A stretch of DNA of 64,000 bases from Harriotta raleighana (lineage: Eukaryota). The notes beneath the pieces were generated by a model that ran no database searches, was not told the DNA's origin, and was given only the letters and a program-made list of their open reading frames with translations. The position numbers were made by a program, and so were the translations under genes. Below are positions 1-12,968 of the stretch, one piece after another; the first letter of the stretch is position 1; each line of letters opens with the position of its first letter. The stretch lies in NCBI GenBank assembly GCA_050575255.1, contig JBNZDD010013498.1, forward strand, positions 350,392 to 414,391. Direction: 5' to 3'.

Positions 1-514
1 CACAAAATAATCTCCACATAATACTTCTGAGTTTGGGGGAAAAAAAGTGTTACCTCAAGAATACTAGATTACATTCTCGCGACACAGTCAAGTAAAATAA
101 ACCAGCTAATTGTTAAACTGTCCTGAAATTCAGAAGAAGGAAAGAATGAGCTCAGACAATATACAGACATGCCTCCCACATACCATGAGCCAAACAGAAA
201 ACCCAGTCTGGTGTTTTTAGCAGGGAAATCTGTTTATTTTAACACAGTGAAATCTATTAGTTCAGGCCACATGGCTGGGCCTGAAAATATAATCACTGGA
301 GGGATTCTGTTACTTCAAGACATTATGCTCAACTTGGTTGGCTGAAATATTGCTGCTTTAGTGTGACTTTTAATATAAAATCCTTGTATAATGGTTATAA
401 ACATTTAAACGAGCGCTCCAAAAATAATTCCTGCATGCTTATATATCGCTCTTTTTAAAAAAAAAAGGCTGAATCTCTTTTAAAATTACATTTTTAATTT
501 ATTTTTCTTGGCAC

Positions 515-790
515 CTGAGGTGACTGTGTTGGGAATGCTGCTTCGCAGTATTCGTTTGAGCCAAAGCGACCAGAAACATGATGTTTGATCCCTGGAATAT
601 GCTGTGTTAGTCTCACACCCAGGGTGGCTGTAACAGTTAAATCTGCAGTCGTTGCCCTAGGGTAAGGTATGGAGTAAAAGCCAGGTTCCTTGATCACTCA
701 GCCAATGGCCCAGGTTGAGAAATACATACGTGTTGAGTGAATATGGGATCAAGTCCACTTGCAATACTCCCCACTGCCTGCACTCACAAT
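515..790 (+). mobile_element. Old SINE-like interspersed repeat, family B (degraded)
   Basis: Shares ordered motifs (GATCCCTGG..TGCTGTGTTAG, CCCTAGGG, AGCCAGGTTCCT..GATCAC) with copies at 1255, 50822, 53979 and 56045. Confidence 0.5.
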
Positions 791-945
791 AAATGCCCAC
801 TTGGGTAAAAAGACTGGAGTACTGTATTCTACTCGATTCAGCACCTTTAAGAGAGGAGTGGGAGAAAAATGCAAAAGAAAACTTTTGTACACTGCTGGTT
901 AGTTTCCTTTCTCATTTACCATTTCTGCTTTGCCAGAGTTCCCAA

Positions 946-990
946 GTCAACAACAACAACATGCATTTATATAGCAAGCTTTACGTTGGG
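946..990 (-). mobile_element. L2 3'-tail stub
   Basis: (CAA)n followed by TGCATTTATATAGC, matching the 3' end of the L2 at 22642. Confidence 0.55.
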
Positions 991-1254
991 GATAGTATTC
1001 CTGAGTCTTCGGAATGAGAAATGTTTTAACCTATGATTTGCTTTTTGCTTTTTGTTTTGTAAAAAAAACTCTGAATGGCCAACGTGAGTTGCCTACACAA
1101 CTATTCCACAATGAAATTTGTTTAAATTTCATCTTGCAAATTCTAGAAGTTCATAGCTAATGAGGTGGGGGTGGATGGGGGTGGGTGGTTGGGGGAAGGA
1201 AGCTCACTTGATGGATCATTTATCAAATGTACTGGACGGTGTGGGATTGATTTA

Positions 1255-1452
1255 GACCTGAAAGGTCCCAGGCTCAAATCCCTCTGTGTGCTGAGTTAGT
1301 TGATCTCAGTTGGGAGAGGAACAGAGGAAGAGAAGCAGGAAAGAGGAAGGTCTCCAACATAGCCATGCTCCCCTGAGACCAGGGAGAGAAAAATCAGCAA
1401 AGGTTCCTGCTTCTAATTACTCTCCAATGACCCTTACTAGAAAGTACACCTG
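1255..1452 (+). mobile_element. SINE-like family B copy
   Basis: GGTCCCAGGCTCAAATCCC (B-box-like), TGTGCTGAGTTAGTTGATCTCAG and GGGAGAGAAAAATCAGC..GGTTCCTGCT are shared with other B copies. Confidence 0.6.
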
Positions 1453-2109
1453 TCTGTTTCCAGAATTGCTGTTCCAATCAGCTAACTTCTACATTTTTTT
1501 GTGGATCAATGTTGCAGGAAAAGAATAGTAAAGAACAAAGTGCTCTTGAAACATGGGAAATATTCGAGGTAGTGCTTTAAAACTGCCATTGTTTGAACGC
1601 TTGCCAGCAAAGTGGCGTTTATTTTATGTTGGATCCATCAATTTACCACATATCAAGCCATTGAAGAATTATTTTTAACTTGGGACAAAATCCAATGAAA
1701 TGTTGCTTTGAGCATAAATGCAGTGGTCTGTGTGGATCATTGATTGTCTCGTAGCTTGTTCGTCAAGTTTAGGCAATAAGACTTCTTTGTGTCTGATAGA
1801 GTTCATGCCTTGGCTCAGTATTAAATGTTTGATATATAGTATTTGATTGTGTGGTTAGCCACCACAGTTTTCAAGCCTTACATTTGGGCTTTGAGTCTTC
1901 TGTGGGAAAGTCCCGAAGATTGTTTTCCTGGAATGCCCCGTGGGGCAGGAGAAAGAATTCAGAGGGTGGTGAGTTTTAAATAATATGGGGTCTAATTTAT
2001 GGGATGAGGCAACAAGTCCCCATGTAACCGCTGCATGTTGTGCTAACCACATACTGTACATACACAACTGCACTTGTATATGGGTTTTTACAAGTGTACT
2101 TAACTTTAT

Positions 2110-2260
2110 CACTCACTTAAATGGTCGCTTACTCCCATGGCTGTTTGGGGACACTGTTGTGCCCAAACTGGCTGCCAAATTCATGTGCCAAAATACACAA
2201 AGTCAAGTCACTTTAGTATGTCTTGTGAAGCACTTCAAAGTCTCCTGACGATGTGATAAG
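2110..2260 (+). mobile_element. Deu-type SINE 3' half
   Basis: GCTGTTTGGGGACACTGTTGTGCCCAAACTGGCTGCC...TGTGAAGCACTT...GATGTGATAAGG matches the body and tail of the 34966 copy. Confidence 0.7.
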
Positions 2261-4119
2261 GATAGCTCCCTGCTCCCAGTGACTGGTCTGTGCTTCCAGG
2301 TCCTGCTGATGAGCCAGGCTGGCTGTTCTCCCATCAGCAGTGCCCTAGAATACTGCAGAAACTGACAGCCAAGACACAGAGGCCTGGCTCGACTCTGATA
2401 TTCTGTTGCCAAGCTTGTCACTGAGAGCCAGTTCAGCACCAAGGCGTCCCACTTACCTCCCACAACCATCACCACTGTTCCCCCTCCCTCCACCCAACCC
2501 CAGCTTGGGGACCATCACAAACCAATGTTTGCCACCAAGGAATACCGAATAGTGTTCATGAGTGGAAACACAGTGTTTTTTTTTCTCCTCCCCCAGGACC
2601 ACCAATGTCAATGTGGTGCACAGTCAAATCTTGTGTATCAATGGCTTTCTTGTAATGTTTGAACTATGGCAGAAAAATCAATTTACCCAGAATCTTAGCA
2701 GACGTGTGGGTACCCGCTTTGATAAATCGACTGATATTCAGTCATATATTAGTCGTTCAACACTTTCCTCAGGTGGGTTCCTGTGAATGAATTCAGTCAG
2801 TATTCAGGCAAAACTACCCAGATTGTATTCAAATGAATTTGAGTCACAACTGATATCACAAAGAACTGGTATAGAATGCATTGTAATGACAGTACAATTT
2901 TCAGTTCAAAGCTTAACCAGATATAATTTAAAAGATATTAACAATGGGAATCTGGAGACCATTGGGTTTATAATGTATTCAGGCACTGTTCTGTTTTCCA
3001 GTTTATAGCTCTGCAAAAGCATAGCTCTACTGCTGATTTATGAGCACAGAGTTACAGTTTCATAAGAACTGGCTTGAACATTTCAATAAAATAGTTTAAG
3101 CTGAGAAGTGGGCTGCCAATGACTGGTTTATTGTGCCCTATTATATTTCGACTAGAATATTTTTCTAACTCGCTGCATTCTGAGCAAACCAAATAGGATC
3201 AAATTTATGAAACGTATAGGAACCAGAAATATGCATAGGTTTTTTTTCTTCCATTTCCTTTAACCCTTTGCAAACATATCTCAATCAGTCCAGACACCAG
3301 AACTATTTTGCAAAGGTTATTTGCGGAAACACAATATTTTCCTTCACCTCCTTTCTCACCACCCCACCTCCCACCAATCCTTTCCAGAACCATATCGTGC
3401 ATATCTGCTTTTGGCTTTGTTAGAATAAAATAAAGTCCTGATCCCCTTGTGTGCAGTCCAATAACATTACAATTGACAGGCTGGGAGCGTGAGCAGCATT
3501 GAAATTACAAAGCAATCGCTTGAAATTCAATTCTCCGAACTTACTATTTTAATGCTTCAATCCCTAAATTGATTTAAATTGGGATTTTGCTGGACCTACT
3601 TATTTTGATGACCGTGATTGATTTCAACAGCAGCACAGTGGTGTCTGAGTCATCCAGAGATCTATGTAGAGTTGTTCATGTGCTCAGCCATCACCTCACA
3701 CATTACAAGGGTTGAGAGTTATATTAATGTTTTATATGAATTGTCAGGGCTGATATAATAAGCAGTTGTCAGACAATTTGATTATTAAATTCAATGGATG
3801 CTTTTACTGGGCCAACGCAGGAAAGCCTTAGCCTTCCTTTCTATTTTACCAAGGAAAAAAAGGGTTTTATTTGTTGAAGATGCAACAAAGTGTGACTGAA
3901 TCTTTATGACCGCCATACTTCTTCAGCATTTCTTACTGCTCATAACTTTTAACAGTTGTATTTCATTATTATTTTAAAATAACTAATGAGCATTGCATTG
4001 ATGTAGATGCCTTGTCTTACCAATGTCTCACAGAGCTACACAGAGTTTTTCTGCAAAGTGTGTACGTGTAGACAGCCAACTTGCTTACAACCATGTCCAT
4101 GAAGTGAATGGTCACGTTT

Positions 4120-4328
4120 ACCAGGGCAGCAAAATAAATTCTCTTTTACAAATAGTGCTTTGGCATCTTGAGCATCCACCTGTGGCAGACACACCCTTAG
4201 TTTTTAAGATGGAATATCAGCTAAACAGAGCACCTCCAAGATTTCTTTGGAGTGTCAGCCTCATCTATGAAAGTCCCAATGTATAGGCTAAACCCCAAAC
4301 TTTCTGACTCGAGAGTGATAACAACTGG
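4120..4328 (-). mobile_element. Old Deu-domain SINE (family C), 5' part
   Basis: TGGAGTGTCAGCC and AAACCCCAAACTTTCTGACTC parallel the 5405-5805 copy. Confidence 0.55.
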
Positions 4329-4529
4329 TACAGACTAACAAACGTTCATTAGATAGCAGTTATGAATGGACCATGGGAGCTAATAGACCAGTATCTCAAT
4401 CTCATAACACTTGGATAAGTATCCAGAGAATTGTGCACACTCGGGGGAACTTGTATCTGGTGTAGCATTCAAAATCTAAGATTGCAGTTCCACACAATGA
4501 CAGTCACACTTTTGTGAGTTTGGAAGAAA

Positions 4530-4661
4530 TGTGTTCAATTGGCTGCTGACAAATATACAATCAATTCACTCTGCAGAATATTCTGTGAAGCACTTTTGAG
4601 ATGTATAGAAAACATGGTAAAGTCCTATGCCAAATGCAAGGATTATTATTATTATTATTAT
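4530..4661 (+). mobile_element. SINE family A 3' fragment
   Basis: AATTGGCTGC...CAATTCACT...CTGTGAAGCACTTT...CAAATGCAAGGA(TTA)n tail. Confidence 0.8.
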
Positions 4662-5404
4662 CAATGTCCCTTTTCTAAGTCAAAAGGGGATAAAAATATC
4701 AGAGGAAGATTTATAAAGCACAAATCCAGCAGAAATGTAGATGAATATTCTTAAACGTTTGCATATTTTTCAGGTTTCCTTTCAGTAAGATTTAATTGGA
4801 GAGTTTGAGTTTCAGAATATGGTGATTTATATCGTATCATATACAGCACGGAGTGGTACAGCTCTGTAAAACAGAACATGCTTTTTCTCACTTTTTCTCG
4901 CTAGTAATTCATGCTTTTTCTTGCTAGTAATTGATGCTATTTTAATTCTGAGCAGAAACCTGTACATACTTTGAAACAAAAATGCTTGGAAATGTGTTCT
5001 AACATGAGAAGGGGGTGCAGCGAAAGTCTTAGCTGAGTGTGAAGACCACTTAAGTTTTATTTTCATGGTTTACAATTACCATTCAGAATCCTGCAATGCT
5101 AACAGCTATTGCTTATCCATGAATAGAGTAAATAATCAGATACGGTATTTGTTAAAATAAAAATGGTATGTTTTGAAAATCAAACACAGAAGAGGACAGT
5201 GCATTTGCACATTTTGTATTTCTTTAAGTTCTCTATCAAAGAAGTTTAGGTTGCAGTGAAAAGGGAGTTGAGTTCTGTCTCTAAGGTAGATTTTGCACTA
5301 AACCTAGTAAGAAGATGTATAAAAGTGTTATGGTTTCTGATGGTGATTTCTGAATGTTTATCTCAAGATTATGTCAGGCAAGTGGAACATAATAGTAAAG
5401 ATAT

Positions 5405-5805
5405 GATACTTGTGCTTGATATAGAGTACCTTTTTATGTATTTGAGATGTCTCAAAGTGCTTCCCATGAATCACTATAAGATTTAGCAATTGTGTACTTT
5501 ATAGACAAATGTGGCAGGTATTTTACACACAGCAATGACTCACAAATAGCCATAAAGTGAATTTTAGTTTGGAGATTGCTAGCCAAGGCACTGGGGAAAA
5601 ACTGCCTTCTCTTTTCATTTAATACCATATCCGTCTGAACAGGTGAAGACAGGCCTTTACAGTTTCATCTGAAGCAAGATAGCTTTGACAATCCAGTTCT
5701 TCCCCCAGCACTCCACTGGAGTGTCATATGGGCTCAAAGTAGGGCTTAAACCCACAACCTTCTGACTCCAAGACGAGAGTCCTTCCAACCAAGTCTGGCT
5801 GACAT
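5405..5805 (-). mobile_element. Near full-length old Deu-domain SINE (family C; SacSINE1/AmnSINE1-like)
   Basis: Reverse-strand tRNA-like head (GGGCTTAAACCCACAACCTTCTGACTC...GGCTGACA on +), central CAGCACTCCACTGGAGTGTCA block and the shared 3' tail. Confidence 0.7.
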
Positions 5806-6401
5806 CTAAATCTATGTTTTTCAATTTAAAATTTCTACAGACGAATGGACTTCAACATCAAGTGCATATGAACTGCATATTTTATTTGACAGAGGTTGGT
5901 AAACAATAGATGCTTAACAATATACTTGTCATGTTGGGTGATTTGAATTGAAACTGCAAAGGTTAATAATACTTCAAGAGATTCCCCTTCCATTTCTTGA
6001 AATAATTATTCTTAATGCACACAAATCCTATTTGCAATTTTCCCTTGCATAGATAATGATATGATTAATCATGCCATAATTATTAGCTTATATGTGTAAT
6101 GGTGATATTAACCTTGTGACAAAGGTCAAAGATTTCTAGCCATCATTACTCAATGGGTGTTTCCAATAACTAAGAAATTGAATATTTGAACAGAACTGAA
6201 AATGGACAACAGGAATATCTAAAAAGAAACCAAGGTAGTTGATTTATACAAAGAAAAGAGCAAGTACAAATGTGAACTAATACTATCGAATTGGACCACA
6301 AACAATATAATATTCCATTTTCATGTGGGGAGGAGATCCCAAAGCACTGGACAATCATGATTTTTGACCTGGGCTGGGGGGGCGAGATCGGGAAGGGTGG
6401 A

Positions 6402-6720
6402 GGGCTGTGCAATATCCCACAAACAGCCATGAAGTGAGTGACCAATTTCATTTCAGGGATTCATAGCTTGGACACAGGGAAAATAATTTGCCCACAAATA
6501 TACAGTCAATTCACTTTACGGTACATTCTGTGAGGCGCTTTGTGATGTCTAGAAGATGTGAAAAGCACTAAATCAAATGCAAGGATTGTTTTTTATTTAT
6601 TATCATAAAAGTTCCCTTCCATTTGAGTCGTAGCATGGGATCTTTAGCATCCACCAAAGCAATGTAATACACCCCCAACATTGGAGTGTCAGCCGAGTTT
6701 TATATAATCCAAATCCTGGT
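6402..6720 (-). mobile_element. Family C SINE fragment interrupted by an opposite-strand family A tail
   Basis: 6402-6481 and 6607-6720 are collinear with the uninterrupted copy at 20680-20790. Confidence 0.65.
6482..6604 (+). mobile_element. SINE family A 3' fragment (nested)
   Basis: TTTGCCCACAAATATACAGTCAATTCACTTTAC...GATGTGAAAAGCACTAAATCAAATGCAAGGATT. Confidence 0.8.
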
Positions 6721-7587
6721 ATCATTTTAGACAACAGCAAACATAAGGATTTGAAACCTACTGACAACACCATGTTGTTAATACTTTTTAGAAGAAAGTA
6801 TTGACACACTAAGTTTGTTTTGAGCATTATAATCGAACACTTTTTAAGATTAAATTTAAATGATCTACACCAGATTATCACCAACACAATCTTTTTACAT
6901 TTGGAGTACAATACATCCTGTGTCTGAGCTTCAGTATATTTACGTAAAGTAATATAATGGACAGCACACTGCAGAGCCTAATATGTCAGATTTCACTGCT
7001 GTGGAAGAGAATAAGGCCAGCCAGACTGTTCATAATACAAATCTTTTTACGGGTGTGTGCTGCTATCTTAAAAGCACCCTTTCCCTCTAGGGGAGAGAAA
7101 GGCTTTCATTCAGAAATATTTATTTTCGACAATCAGGGCCTTGCCATCAGAAAGGAGCTCTTCTATCTTTCCTGATGAACACTTAATGCCAATAAAAGAG
7201 TCAAATAACTTCTGTGGTATGAACAGATGCTGTCTGCACTCTGATTTATTTGTCCAGCCGCTTCCAAAGTCCACATATGCACACAACACACGTTTCTTGA
7301 GCCCCACTAAAACTGTGACAGACTGCTTTTGAAGGATTAGTTGTGTGGGTGGAGGAAGGGGTGGGAGTGGGGTTCAAAAAAGATGTCTTTTGTACAATTA
7401 AGAGCTTCAAATAGAAATTTAGTAGCACATTAAACGATATCAGCGTTTAATACAAAAAAAACTTTAAGACTAAATCTGCTTTTGCCATATTTGCCATTAC
7501 AGTATTTAAAATTCTGTTCCACAAGGAATATGGATCTCGCACTCTCCCATATAGCTGGCAAGGATAGTCTGTTGCTATCAACTATTT

Positions 7588-7640
7588 AATAATAATAGTC
7601 CTTGCATTTGATATAGCGCTTTTCATGTCTTCTGGATGTA
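7588..7640 (-). mobile_element. SINE family A tail stub
   Basis: (AAT)n followed by CCTTGCATTTGATATAGCGCTTTTCA. Confidence 0.75.
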
Positions 7641-7645
7641 TGTTT

Positions 7646-7754
7646 GGTGTTGTTGTATATAAATCCAAGTTGTTGTATGTGGATGTGGAAATGTGGAAAT
7701 NCGGTGTTGTATATAAATCCAAGTTGTTGTATGTGGATGTGGAAATGTGGAAAT
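7646..7754. other. Assembly junction: ~52-55 bp duplicated around a single N (7701)
   Basis: Near-identical copies directly either side of N. Confidence 0.85.
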
Positions 7755-10700
7755 AGAGGAACAAGTTTCCATTATCACATAAAATCTGTGACTTTGACAT
7801 AAAATAAACAAGACTTGACAGAGCTGTCACCTCTGTGTACTGCTGCCTGGTTTACTGACAGAATTTACCAATGAGACGGCACAAGTGGCTTTCAAACGAC
7901 GGTTGGAGTGAATGTCAAGTTGTTTATACTGTGAATCAGGCAAGGATTTGCAACACGGTAATTTGCAGTTGTAATGGCTTCAGCTGGGAGACTTGCCTTA
8001 CAGTTCAAAGTTCAATCTCCAGCGTTTGCACGTGTGAAGTCACCAGCTAGGAATTAACACATGAAACAACAAATATACAGTAGACTGTTTTGTCGATCCA
8101 CTTATAATCTCTTTGCAATGGTCGTTTTGTTGTTGGAAATGTCAATTGATGGATGGAACCCCACGCTTTGTTTGTTTGTTTATTTGCTTGCTGACTTTTA
8201 TTGTTGTTCTTGTCCTCGAGTCTTGTAACAGGAAATGCCTGACCTCCACTCCTATGGAAAACCAATCAAACTCAAACATGTGGTTGCCTCATCTGGGTTG
8301 GAGCCAACCTGTTGGTTTTAATTGGCAGTTTGATCCCCCACAGCTGTAACAGATTACGGACAAATTCTCTTCAAACAAACCCAGTTTCCCCCCTCCCCCT
8401 ACCACCCCTGCAACCACCCCCGCCCTTCCATCCTGCCCAAAGTAATCTAGAAATAGTGAAACTAATAAAAAGCCACTTCAGGTAGGTAATTCCAAATAAC
8501 AGCTGCCAAAAAAAGCCTCAACTTCAAATAAATCAATTTATCCGTTATGCATCAATCATCAGTCCAAAAGAATTCCCCAAAGTCCCCTTGATCTCTCTCA
8601 TCCCTTTCAGCGCACTCTGCTATCTCTGTTTTTAAAGGAAGACTCGTATCCCAAACGCATTAAGATGCCAAAGAGTAGAACACAGTAAAGTAGTGTGTAG
8701 TTTGCTTCGTAAATGTAACTTAAACAGATGTCCGGACTCCTGTAGAAAGCACCAAACTTCAGAGTTGCACTGAGGTATTCAGATACTGTTATGAGTATGT
8801 AAAGGTTGATGGTCATGACCTAAAGGTCTCTTATGTTTATGAAGTGCTGCAATCAAGCAGGAGACCTGAAGCCACTCATTTAAACCCTAGTAACCTGCTA
8901 CCGGCAGCACTTATGCGTTTATTACCAATCTAATGGCTCACATTCCTCACTGATTTGAAAAGCGAAAAACCATGGGATTAAAAGTATCATTTACTGCTGG
9001 TTGTTATTTAGTGCGAGTTCCTCTTCTTGATGTCTTACAAACCTCAACAATCTTATAAACTGAAACGCATGGATCATTAGAAAACAAAACAGTTCTATCT
9101 GTTCCTTACTGCAATACATCACGCAGAGCATGTGTTTGTTTGATTGTTCGTTCAAGGAATAGGTGCTTTCTACAAGTGAATGAATATTGTTACCCTTCAG
9201 AGGGTACTCACCCTCTTTCTAGGCTTTGAACATTAGATTGGGAGAGAAAATCTTCAGAAATCATTTTGATCTTACACTTTATGATGAAATTACACGTAGG
9301 AAACTCTCATGACATTTGTTACACATCACATTGTAAAATCATGCGTTTAATGTGCATTGTATTGAACTGAAGAGAAAGGTAGAAAATATATAAAATTGTA
9401 CAGTACTAAGTATAAATTCTACAGCACAGTCCTTACTGCTATGTTAAATTTTTAAAGGAACTATTTAGGTGTGTGGATATACATTAGGACACACCACAAT
9501 GACGGAGTGATGCCTTTAAAGCACCTAAGCACTGCAGAGCACAGAAATACAGTGGTCGAGAATACTGGCCTAAGTCTAAGGTATAAGAATTTTTGTTTTT
9601 GATGCCTGCACATTCAGTCTGGCTTCAAATGAATATCAATCCATGAAAAGTTTAGTACAAAACATGGTAAACACAGACATGAAGCCATCTGATCTTGCAC
9701 ATTATGCTACTTGTAACAACAGCAGTATATTTTTCATTGCGCCTCGATGTATTCTGTCATGCAAGGGTTTATGTGTTTTCAGGTGTTTGTCTTGTTTACA
9801 TCAGTTTTGAGCGTTTCAGTGAGTCTGGCCCCTTAATTGTAGTTTCGGAACAGGCCTGCTTTAAGTTTTTTTTAATTCAATTTTTCCAGATTTGCCCCAG
9901 CAGAATGTATAAGGCATAGTTGTGAAAACAGATAGCTGAAGATTCATTATAAACATATGCGTCTATTGGAGGCAATTGGCAGTCAGTGTTGGTCACACTG
10001 CTGATGATTCAGTATCAAATAGCATTCACAACAATGATTGCCACACTTCCATGAAACACAACTACTGTATTATCATAATGTTTTATAACTCAGCCTGCTT
10101 ACTATCCCAGAATCCCAGAAGCTGCATCGATTTAGCAGTTTGTTTTGATACAATTATACCAAAGTATTACTTTAACCCAATTTAAGAAAGATTCCCCTTT
10201 GGTATCAAAAAGGGCCATAAATATTTCATTTTTCACCATTTTACTTCAGGCCCACGACTGTGATTAACTTTTTAAAAAGTAAGTTTTCTGCTTGTATGGC
10301 AGCTAAAATATTTTGTGTACCAATAAAAGAAATTGATGATGGGAATAATGGACATAACTGCAGTAGCAAAGGCCTAATGGGCTAGTTTGTAAATGAAAGG
10401 AGGTAAACGGAGAGAAGAATTATAACCATTGAATGATTCTTTACAAAAATAAATATCTGGGAACATTTTCAAGTCTGCGGAACACACTTAGGGTTCTGGT
10501 GACTATAAATCTAGACTTGCTCTTGAAATTGTTAGTCTAGCTCCTTGAGATATCAAACAATGTTTTAGTACCCTTTCAGCCATCTGTTATACAATTGATC
10601 TCATTTTCTTTTATATAGAGTCTGCCCTAAATGTGCAATACTACGGTGAATGCCTAAACTGCACTGCAAGTCTATCAACATCTGAAATAAAACAATAGCT

Positions 10701-10954
10701 TAATGTGATCCTTAAGTTAATGCTTACTTCCCATCCAGACACAAATTAACATGCTATGTGTTTGAGGTTTTTCCATTTAATCTGTTAGTTCTGTATTTTA
10801 CTAAATTTAACCACCTGAGCTGGCTACAACAAAGCAGCATGTAATGCATAATAACCACAACTTACATTTATATAGTGCCCTTCAAATGGGGTAACATCCG
10901 AGTGGGAATATAATAAAGCCATGCTTTGTCATATACAAACTATGTACAGTATGA

Positions 10955-11050
10955 TTAATAATAATGCTTGCATTTGACGTAGTGCCTTATATCTTCGAGA
11001 TGTTTCAAATTGCTTTATGGAATATATTGTAATGTGAATAGACTATGGTA
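10955..11050 (-). mobile_element. SINE family A tail fragment
   Basis: TAATAATAATGCTTGCATTTGA..TAGTGCCTT..TCGAGATGTTTCAAA..GTGAATAGACT. Confidence 0.7.
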
Positions 11051-11471
11051 AAGCATTAGGGGCAGGAACAGTCAAGGAAATTCATTAGCAGGTAAAAAAA
11101 AACTACTGGATATTGGGACCAAACTTAAAACTGATCTCACTAATCTCAAAACGTATTTTGTTCAAACCGATCTCAGTTATTCAGGTTTCATCAGTCCTCA
11201 TGTTCTGACCCAAGTAGATTATTGGTGAAGCAAAATAACTTATGTTAGTTAAATGCACACCAATGTCTCCCTCAAACTCTGATCTTGCCATCCGCTGAGA
11301 AGACCAGACAACCTCCCATTTGACGTCTAATTGAGGGTGGTGATTAGCCTAGCATGTCTGTCCATGCTTGGAATGGCAGATCTACATTGCAAGTTGCCAC
11401 TAAACATCTTCAGAGAACAGGGAACAGATTTGTGACTTCCGAATAACATGCACATTGGTTGTTTAACTGCT

Positions 11472-11545
11472 AACAACAGCAACAACAAAATTACATTTAT
11501 AGAGCGCCTTTCACATCGGGAACTTCCAGCGGGCCATCCACAGTG
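11472..11545 (-). mobile_element. L2 3'-tail stub
   Basis: AACAACAAAATTACATTTATAGAGCGCCTTTCACATCGGGA. Confidence 0.75.
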
Positions 11546-12195
11546 TAAGGAAATGCTTCTCACAGAATCAGTGTATTGCAGAGCTCCTTCTGATTGAATA
11601 TCCCCTTACAATATCAATGCAACTCACAATCCTTTATTCTGGTGCATTGAACTTGCAACAATCCAATCATGACAATCCCAGTCAGCAATGGAAAATGCAC
11701 TCCAAATATAATTGAATGGCAAACAACTACACTGAGCCCTAATCGAATAACAATTGTGAACTTCTGTGTGTGAAGCGTTAATGTACTAGGCTACGTTCCT
11801 GCATTTGGGTTCGTTTTGATAAAAGCGTTCCCGGTTTGTTAAAGCCCACAATAAATGCATCCTTTCTAGTTTATTATTCTCTCATTTTATCTCCTTATGG
11901 AACATCTGCTTCTCATTTCTTTGATTACTTATTCTTTTTAACTTGATTTTTAAGTTGCTCCTGCTTGCAGTTGTGTTTCTCTGCCTCGTCATTTGTTTTT
12001 AGAAAGCTGCTTAATGTCATGGCCGATGTCAGGCTGGCAGGTTAGGCATGATAATAAGAGGGCTCCATTGGATTCAATTGAGCAGAAACAATTTGGATAA
12101 CTTGATGTCAACAGAAATACTGCCAACAATTGAGCAACTGTGAACCATCATTTGAAATACTTATCTAGATCAATGTATTTGTCCTGACGAATGTC

Positions 12196-12838
12196 CGGCA
12201 TGCTGGCGTTCATTTCCAAAGGTTTAGAGTACAAGAGTAAGGGAGTCTTGCTGCAACTGTATAGGGCTTTGGTGAGACTGCACCTAGAGTATTGTATGGA
12301 GTTTTGGAATCCTTATTTAAAAAAGGACAAATTTGCCTTAGAGGGGCTGTAGCGTAGATTCACTAGGTTAGTTCCTGGGATGAGGGGACCGACCTACGAG
12401 GATAGGTTGAATAAACTAGGGCTGTATTCTCTAGAGTACAGAAGAATTAGGGGGGATCTTATTGAAACATATAAGATTCTTAGAGGGCTGGATAAAGTAG
12501 ACACTGAGGGACTGTTTCCCCTGGTAGGAGAATCTATAACCAGGGGTCACAGTCTTAAAATGAAGGGTCAGCCTTTTAGAACAGGAAACATTTCTTCAGT
12601 CAGAAGGTAGTGAATTTATGGAATTCACTACCCCCAGAAGGCTGTAGATGCTTAGTCCTTGAACATTTTCAAGGCTGAGACTGATAGATTTTTTTAGAAA
12701 ATAGAGGGATTAGAGGATATGGGGATAGGGCAGGTAATTAGAGTTAGGTCAGAAAATCAGCCATGATCTTATGGAATGGCGGAGCAGGCTCGAAGGCCCG
12801 AATGGCCTACTCCTGCTCCTAATTCTTATGTTCTTATG
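12196..12838 (+). mobile_element. CR1-clade LINE (HER1-like), 5'-truncated, ORF2 C-terminus pseudogenised
   Basis: Translates MLAFISKGLEYKSK...LYRALVRLHLEYC...RLNKLGLYSLEYRRIRGDLIETYKIL...TRGHSLK with an in-frame stop; 3' UTR GAATGGCCTACTCCTGCTCCT and terminal (TTCTTATG)2. Confidence 0.95.
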
Positions 12839-12839
12839 A

Positions 12840-12968
12840 AAAGTTTGTCCACAAAATATATAGTCAATTCACACCTTAGAATATTTTGTGAAATGCTTTG
12901 AGATCTCTCGGAGATGTGCTAAGGCACTAGATCAAATACAATGATTATTAGTATTAATTATTATTATT
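12840..12968 (+). mobile_element. SINE family A 3' fragment abutting the CR1 tail
   Basis: TTTGTCCACAAAATATATAGTCAATTCAC...GATGTGCTAAGGCACTAGATCAAATACAATGA(TTA)n. Confidence 0.75.

Noticed and set aside
1164-1200. G-quadruplex-like G-tracts
   Set aside because: Low-complexity G-rich patches recur in the window with no functional context
5410-5430. TTGTGCTTGAT resembling the start of miR-218
   Set aside because: Only 11 nt match, no hairpin, lies in a SINE tail
7582-7830. ORF with an internal peptide repeat
   Set aside because: The repeat arises from the N-junction duplication
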